From IMG/VR virus record IMGVR_UViG_3300022242_000023, positions 1 to 64,000 of that record: a stretch of DNA of 64,000 bases; one strand, written 5' to 3'. This DNA comes from a virus. Taxonomy: Duplodnaviria > Caudoviricetes. Below the pieces are notes generated by a model that was not told the origin of the DNA, did no database searches, and saw only the letters and a program-made list of their open reading frames with translations. Positions 49,001 through 58,000 of this stretch are shown here, piece by piece; positions within the stretch are counted from its first letter, which is position 1; every line of letters begins with the position of its first letter. A program made the translations under genes and the position numbers.

Positions 49001-52000
49001 TCTCTAAGATCTTATAAATTTCTAAAAATTCTAATGAATCAAGTTCTTTATTTAAGAACATTATTTCAGCATGTCTCTTGAACATTTTCCATAAACCTTT
49101 CTTAGAAGAATTATGTACACGTATTCCTCTTCTACTTCTCTCTGTATTTATAAATACAATATTTCTTTGAGAACCAGTTATTAAGTATAAATTTTTAAAC
49201 CATTTACTCGCTGAAAGTTTATATACATATTCAGGATCATATTTCTTACTATTCTTATCTAATTTTTCTACATTAATATCTTCTCCTGATTGTAGAATCT
49301 TTTTACCTACTAATTCATTCTTAATTTTCTCAACTAATGTATCTGCATAATCCTTTGTCTTAGCTAAGTCTATTAACTTTAACATGGTTTGTTCAGGAGA
49401 TGATCCTGAAAGTTTATTCAATAATCTATTAAATAGTACATCAAAGTTATGATATATCTTAGCTCCTGTTTTAGGATCTATTTTATCAACATAATGACCT
49501 AATTCTCTTTCTCTTACAGGAATTAAAGACATTAATTCTCTAATTTTACCTTTAACATTTGTCTTAGGATTCACATTAGTATCTCTAATTAATGTAGTTT
49601 TCTCATCAAATTCATTTGCATCTTGAGTAATTTGAACTCCAGCACTATATAAGTTATTCATATATTGTGCTATATACAACTGAAGTTTAAGAAGATCTTC
49701 TTTATTTTCTAATATATTCTTTAATTCACCGTAGTTTTCTAATTGTTCAGGACTGTTATGTTTCTGGAACCAAAGATCAATATAAGTAGGTAATTCATTA
49801 AAAAACTCTTTATTAAACTGAGATTTATTACCAGATTCTATAATAGCATTGTATGTATAGTATTGAGCTATATTAGTTTTTTTACCATCTTTATTAATAG
49901 TATTTGATTTAAAAGTTCTAACTGCCAGATGTACTAAGTTCTGTGCTATAAATTTAGCATGTTCACGTATCTGTTTTATATTTGAAACTTTGAACTTTCC
50001 TTGATGTAATAATCTAGCAAAGTTTTCAGAATAGTTTTTATTGAAAGCATTAGTTCTCCCCCCAAATATACTTCTACCAAATATATTTCTATCTAATTGA
50101 TAAAATAAATCTTCTACAGATATCTTAGTAGTAAAGTAAGGTTTTAATTGTTGATAACTATCGTATATAAAATTATATAATGAATCTAAAAATTTAGCAA
50201 TCTTAGGATATTTCTTTTTAAAATTCTCAGAAACAAATCCATCAGTAGCTTTATAAGTCTCAAATAATTCTGCTAACTTTTCTTCTAATCTAATTAAAGG
50301 ATTTTGTTTTTTGTAATATTCTTCTTCTGATTTTAAACGTATAGCACTTTGATCTCTATTATTATCAATAGTTATTTCATTCCAAGTATTACCATGCTCA
50401 TCAGTAACCTGTTTTACATTATCTTTACCATAAGTTTTATTAAGAATATTACTTACTGTATTTTCATAAAAATTATAAATAGGTTTTAATGCACCAAATC
50501 CTTCCTTATCAATTCTTTCAAGTTCTTGTTTAAGTTGGTTTATTTCAACTTTTGAATCTTCTTGTTTAGTTTTAATATATTGATTGTAACTTTTTACAAC
50601 TAATTCTTCATTAGCTTTTTGCTGATTAAAACTTTGATTACCTGTTTGATATTGAATTAACCATTCTCCACTTCTCCCATCTAATTCTACTGTTTCTCCT
50701 TTATTATCTCTGAATTGAAAATACCTTAAATAGGTAGGTTGTTTTATTTCAGAAGAATTAGTAATAGTATTGAAATCTTTTTCAAGTTCTTTAATCCTAT
50801 CTTCTTTTTGTTTCTTAAACTCTTCTAAAGTAGTATGCCCTTCAACTTTACTAGCTGTATTACCAGTAGGAAACAAAACTTTTTCATATCCTTTTTTAGC
50901 ACTATCTTGTATGATAGATTTAACAAAGAATGTTACCCAATTATTATCTTTGTTTAATAGTTGTAGAAATTGATTAGATTTAATATTTTTTCTTTTTTCT
51001 ATAATTTCTTCTATTGTATTACCATCTACATTTTGGTATTCTTCAGAATACTCATTTATTAAATTATCTTTATCTCTACCTTTCTGAAATAAATCAGATT
51101 GTACTTCAAGTATTCTACGAGTTTTAGTATTAGTTCCTTTTTGTATATAACCTTTAACCCCATATTGATTATCATATATAGCATATATATCAGTATCATT
51201 TAAATCTGCTCTTTCATGTAAAGAACCGTCACTATCTAAATATTTCCAAATATTATTCTCTTTAAACCATTTTCCATTTTCATCATTAAATGAATTTGGG
51301 TAATCCTTAGATGTTATATATTCTTCATCACTTCTAAACCAACCAATACCTTTATCAGTACTAAATTGAGCATGACCTTTAATAGAAGGAGTAATAGCTC
51401 CTTTTCTTACAGTTTTAGTATTAGATTTAATAAAGCTTTTAAACCCTTCTATATCTTGTTTAGAACCTAATATATGAATTTGTTCTGGTTCAAATACTAC
51501 GAATTGAGCTACTCTTGAAGGAGTTATAATACCATCAAATCCTTTTTCTTGTAATTTTTTTGAAAAAGGAATTAAACGAGAATCTTCTTCTAATAATTCT
51601 TTATCGCTAAATCCTAATCTTTTACCTTCATAATATCTTTCAGACCATTCTTGTTCTTGTGGTGTGAGTTTATATGTAGTTCTTGGATTACTTGGGTTTT
51701 TAATATCTAAAATAGCAGTATATAATTCTCCATATCTTAAAGCTTCTTCTTTAATATTTGTAAAATAAAACCCATCACCTATTTCAAAATGAACTATTTG
51801 TTTAGAAGAACCTATATAATTTTTATTAAAACTATTATTTATAGGTATAGGACTATTTATTGAAACATTATTTTCAAATAATGTTATTCCATTATCATTT
51901 AAAATAAGTCCTATTCCTGCACCTATTATCTTGTTTTTACCTTCATATATTTGTACTCCTATATGCCAATTATTATTAGATACTTTTTCAGCCTTTAATA

Positions 52001-55000
52001 TTTTAATATTATAAGAATTTACATCTAAAATTTTTCCAAATTTATCTGGATAATTTTTAATAAATAATTCAATTATTTTATTTTGATACTCTTTATTGTA
52101 CTGTAATTGATTAAATACTCTCGAACTACCATGATAAACAATATCTTTTACTTTACTATCAGGAAATATAGTATCAAGATATTGAGAGTACAATTCTTGA
52201 GCTTGTTGTTTTTGTTGAGGAGTTATTTGTTGTTGTTTTTGTTCAAGGGTTATTTGATTATTTAGCTCTGCTAATTCTGCATCGTATTTAGCGTTGATTT
52301 CATTCTTTACATTCTCAATATTTTTATTTATAACATCTCTTGTACTAGATAACCCATTTTCGGTAGGTGTTAAATCCCTATTAATAAAATCTATGTGCGA
52401 GCCAGATATTCCAGCCTTTGGTATAGCATTATCATTTCTAATATCACCTAATTGAGTATCTAATTCTTCTGAAAGAAGTTTAAGTATTTTGCTATCATAA
52501 TAATTATTGATTTCATTACCAGATAACTTATTCATCCATCCATCTTGTGCTATACCAAATATAGGATACCACTTACCAGATGTAACATCAGCTTTACCTC
52601 CATGCCCAGTAGATAGATAAAACGGAACATTCATTCCATTTACATTAAGAACTACCACTTTTCTACCAGCTAAATCAATAATGGGGGATTTCCCTCTAAC
52701 TTTTCTTTTATTACCATCAGCAGTTTGGTCATAAATAGTAGTTTCGTATTCAATTTCTTGACGATTCTTAACTATATTTTTTACATCTTCTTGTATCCTT
52801 CTTTCTATATCAGATTTTTGTTGTTGTTTTTGTTCATCAGAAATATTTCCAGTAAACCCTAAAGCTTCATATACACTATTAGCCAATTCAGGATTAGATT
52901 CAAATAGTTCAGAAACTCCTTGTTTTACAGGAACCCCTTGAGGCTTTTCCTGTATCTCTACTCCAGGTATAGCTATTTCATTTTCTGTATAATTAGTACC
53001 TCCTGGAACTGTTAGATTAGAGTAGTATTGTGTTGGTTTATTTAAAGTTTTATTGTATTCATTCATTGCTTCTGAATACTTTTTTTCTCCTATTTCTTTT
53101 CCATTTTTAGTAAAAGATAATATACCAAAATCATTAAATTCATATTTATCATTATCTAGTATAAAATCTATATAATCTGTACTAAATTTACTATGATATT
53201 TTTGTTCTTTAGCAGTATTAATCTCAACAGTATAACTATAATTAGAAGCTAATTCTAAAGCATATTGTAAAGGTTCATCATAAATAGCAAATTGTTTTTG
53301 TACAAAATCTTGTTCTATTTGTTCTATTAATTCTTTTTGTTCTTTAGGTATTGCAAGTTCAGTTAATATCTTATCTAAACTCCAATTGTTTTTTCTTCCT
53401 TTATTAAATATTTGTTTAGCTTTTTCAGATTGTAATATATCTACTGCTTTAAGTACATAATCAACTTGATCTTCAACTTTAAATCTATTACTATCAATAG
53501 GTTTATTTAAATCATTTTCAAACTCTTCTTTAGTTATACCTAATTCTTTACCATATTTCTTATAAGCCTCATTAAGAACTTGTTTTCTTTGTTTATCATT
53601 TAAGAACAGATTAAAAGCAACGTGAAAAGCTTCATGCTTTCCTACATTTAATCCAGCATCTGAAGATAGATATACTACAGCATTATAAAATGCCCCCCAT
53701 ACTTTACCATCTCCTACATTGTATATATTAGATATAATTCTTAAAGCTTCATCTGAAACTTTAACTCCTAAATTTTCAAATCTATCTTTGATATATTTTT
53801 CAGCAGCTCCTTCTTTAAATTCTTCTACTGTGGTTGTATCATCAGTATATTTAGCAAAAAAATTACCTTCTGGGACTTCTGTATTATTTTCTAATTCAGC
53901 TCTCATTCGAGCTTTTTTTTCTTCTGAAACTTCTTGTTTTGACACTTGTGTTTCATTAGATCTTACTTTAAATTCAATTACTGTAACATCATCTTGAGAT
54001 TTATTTTCTTTTCTTAGACTTTCAGATTTATTTATTATTTCATCAAAACTATCCCCTTTATTCGATATATTAGGCACCTCATCCGTATATAATAATACAT
54101 TATCACCAGCTTTTACATCTACTTCTTGTATTATTTCATCTATTGATTTATTTTTTGCTAAAACAGTACTGTTTGTTTTAATATTAAAATTTACATTAGT
54201 TTTAATTCCTTGTTTTATCTTTTCACCATTTATTTCAACAAAAGAATCTCCAATGCTAAATATTTTATTTAATTTTGGTATGTATAAAATTAGAGTACCA
54301 ATTTGACCTGTTTGAGATCCATTTGTGAAATCTGGGGATTTTATTACCAAAGAATTTAAGATATCATATAAAGATTGCTTATCTTTTATTTCACCTTTTC
54401 TTTTTGCAATTTCTTCAACTAATTGATGGGATAATGATCCCTCAGCAGAATCTGACATTCCATCTGACATAACAATTATATCATTAGAAACAAAGAAAGC
54501 ATCTTCAATATAGTTATCTGCGTAACCTTTCCTATTTTTATTTTGTGTGTAAACTTTTACGCCATTAATAGTTTGTACCTTGCCAAGGTTTTTATTTATT
54601 TTAGTGCTTTGAATTACATCTTTTGTTTTTATTTTTTCACCTGTTTTGATATCTTTTAATGTTTCTATTTCTTCTTTACTACTAGTTCTTTCTACATCTA
54701 TATATACTTCACCTTGCTCATAATATCCTTCATCTATAGTTTTTAGATCTGTAGATACTAAATCAGGATGTTCTAATAAGAAATCTTTAGTATTATGACT
54801 AGGAACATGTACCCTTACTTCCCCTAATTTTGCAACAACCTGATCAACAGATAATCCATATTCTATTTTATATTCACCTTTCTTTCCTTTAGTAGAAATA
54901 GCAAATCCAGGTAATAATTTACTAGCATTTTCATAACCTTCTTTAGTAAGATAATCAATACCAGAAGGTGTATAATAAGTAATAACTGGACCCAATCCTC

Positions 55001-58000
55001 CATCAGGATTTATATCTGTTTTATTTTCTCTATCAAAAGAAGAATCTGGAGTTCTATATCTTAGTATACCAAGCTCTCCTTTACTAATACCTATTATCTG
55101 AGCCCACTTCTTTCTAACTATATCATTTACTTGATCTACAGGAGCATTTGCAATATCATTTAATGCTTGAACTAATTTCTTTTTATAAGAAGTTACTTCT
55201 TTTACTTTCTTAGTTTCTAATTCTACTGGTATGAATTCTTCTTTACCATTCTTATTTGTACTAGGTAAAAACATAAATACTTTACCCAACTGTCTTTGGA
55301 TAAAATTTTCTACCTTTCCTTTACCATCTGAAGATTCTTTTGGAGAGAATTTTGAATTTGCAAATTTATAATTTTCAACTAATGAAGCTGTTTTTTCAAA
55401 GTCTGTTATTACAACATCAAATTCATTATTTGCAATATCTTCTCTAGTTACTGCTCTAAACTTACCAACATGTAGAGAAGCTTTTTTATGAATACCTTTT
55501 ACAGGTACAGGCTCTGAAATAAAATCTGTTTTCTTATCCCATTTACTATATAAATTCTTTCTTAAAATTTTATCTATATCTTTTGATTGGATATTTCCAT
55601 TAGATCTAACATGGCCTACAATAACTTCTTTAGCATTTGGAGTACCTTTTTCTACAATAGTATCATTGAGTACATATGCTACCATATATAACCCAAAATT
55701 ACCTTCATCTATTCCAACACCTTCATTCCAACCTTTAGATGGGATTTTATAATATATTTTATCTCCAGGTTGTAATACATTGTTTACAACATGTACAGTA
55801 TCTTTATTATCGTAACCTAAATAGTTATTAACTATTCTTTTCTTAAAAGTTAAATTATCAGAAAGATTTGTATTTTTACTCTTTGCTATTTTTATTAATT
55901 CTTTAACTTTAGAAGAATGGAAAAGTTCTTTTACTTCAGCATGAGTAAGAGTTAATATAGTTCCTGTAGGGGCATTATTTTCCCACACTTCAATATCTAC
56001 ATATTTATGACCCTCTTTTCCACCTATAGTTTCACTATGATTATTATCTACAGTAAGTAAACTAGTAGTATTATCTGGAGATCCTGTTTCTACAGGAATG
56101 TTTACATCAGGTATAGGTGTTACAGGTATAGTAGAAGGATTTTCATCATCCTCTTCTGGATTTTCAAATTCTTCTTCCTCTTCTTCTTCTACTTTAGTTT
56201 CTTTACCATTGAAATTATCAATAGCTCTTTGAAAGATAGGATCATCTATCTTATCCTTTACAGTTTCTGGATCTAAAGAATTTATATAAGATTCTTCAGT
56301 ACCACCTTTAGCAATATGTTCTGTTAAATTCTTAAACTTAGGATTAGGAGTATATTGATAATTAGGATCAGCTTTCTTAGCTTCTATATGTTGTAGTTCT
56401 TGAAAGAACTCAGGATCATTTGCTAATATCTTTCTGAATGCTCTAGCAATACCTTTCTCTTCATGCTGTCTTAATAACTCATTTTCTTGACCATATCTTT
56501 CAATAAGATCTACAGGTTTAGTAACTTCTGAAATTTTACCATTAGTATCTGTTTTCTGACCTTTTATCTTTTCATATTTAATCTGATCTATGAGATCAGC
56601 TTTATCAGGATTACTTGCTTTCTCACTTTCAAATTCATCTAAAGATGATAGAGTATTTAATTTTTTTACATACTCTTCATTCTTAAGTTGTTCTATTACT
56701 TCAATAGCTTGAACTTTAGTTTTTCCAGTTTTGTTTTTTAAGATTTCTTCTTCTGTTTTACCATTCTTGAAATCTTGAGCAACTTCCTGAGCATTAGTTT
56801 CTTCTTCTGTTATTTTTGTATCAGCAGTTTTGTTAGACGTGAATTTATCGTAAGCCTTTATGAGTTCGGTCTTATACGTTTTTAAACTTTCTATTTTAGA
56901 TTCTAAACTTTTCTTCTCTTCTTTTTGTAAAGAATTTAATTTTTCTTCTTTATTCTTTAAATTTTCTAATTGATTGCTGTATTTATCTAATTCTTTAGTG
57001 ACTAAATCCTGTTGTACTGAATTATGATATATTGATTGTTTAAATTCTGCAGAATTATTTTTTAACAAGGGGTTAGAATAAATTGCAGTATAATTGTCTT
57101 TAGCAATATCTAATATATTTCTCTTTATATCTTTGAATTCTTCATAAGAATAAAATTCACTTAATTTATTTTGTTCATAATCTTTTTTAGTCATGCTATT
57201 ATTAATAGCATTTTCTATAGCTTCTACACTATCTCCTTTAAACAAATGATCATGTACAATACTAGAAATTTTAGCTGCTTGTAAAACTTTAATCGCTTCC
57301 CCATTATTGTTTTTCAAAGCTTCTTCTTGTAATTGATCAATCTGTAATGCATTATTCATTCCTCTAATAGCACTAAGTTGTTTAGTAGGATCTATTTGAG
57401 GTTTATTATTTGAATCATATATTAATTTACCATCTTCATCAGTTTTATAAATATCATTGGCAGATAAAGCTAATGAGCTATTTACTTTGCTCATTATCGG
57501 TTTTTCTTTAGTATATAACTGATGTATTGATGATAATGAAGCTGGTCCTGCTGTAGCAGCTGCTACACCAAACCCTCCTGCAAAAGAATCCCAATAATCA
57601 GCTTTACCATCCATTAAACCGTGATATGTAGCACTTAAAGTACCCCCTAATGCACTGTCACCATCACCAAATAATGAATCAAATACTCCTGTATTTTTAC
57701 CTTCATTATATGGTTGTTTTAATGCTTTTTCAGTACTATAATCTGTGGCTCCTGTTTGGAATGATTCTTGTACTCCTTCAGATATTCCTAATACTAAAGT
57801 ATTTATAACACCTCTTACAAGTGCGTGTTTTGAAGTAGAAATTCCATCTGTTAAACCTTGTAGTTCAATAAAATTAGTAGCTAATAACATCATGAAATTA
57901 GTACCAAATATTTCAGAAGCAGCATCTGATGCTTGTTTAGTAGCCTCTTCTTCTGATAATCCTTTATCTAATAATTGTTGTTTAATATCTTTATAAGCTA

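Noticed and set aside
50370-53030. Inteins or introns as the source of the nested inserts
   Set aside because: I found no intein splice-junction motifs (C/S start, HN-C/S/T end) or homing endonuclease signature, and the frame is uninterrupted.
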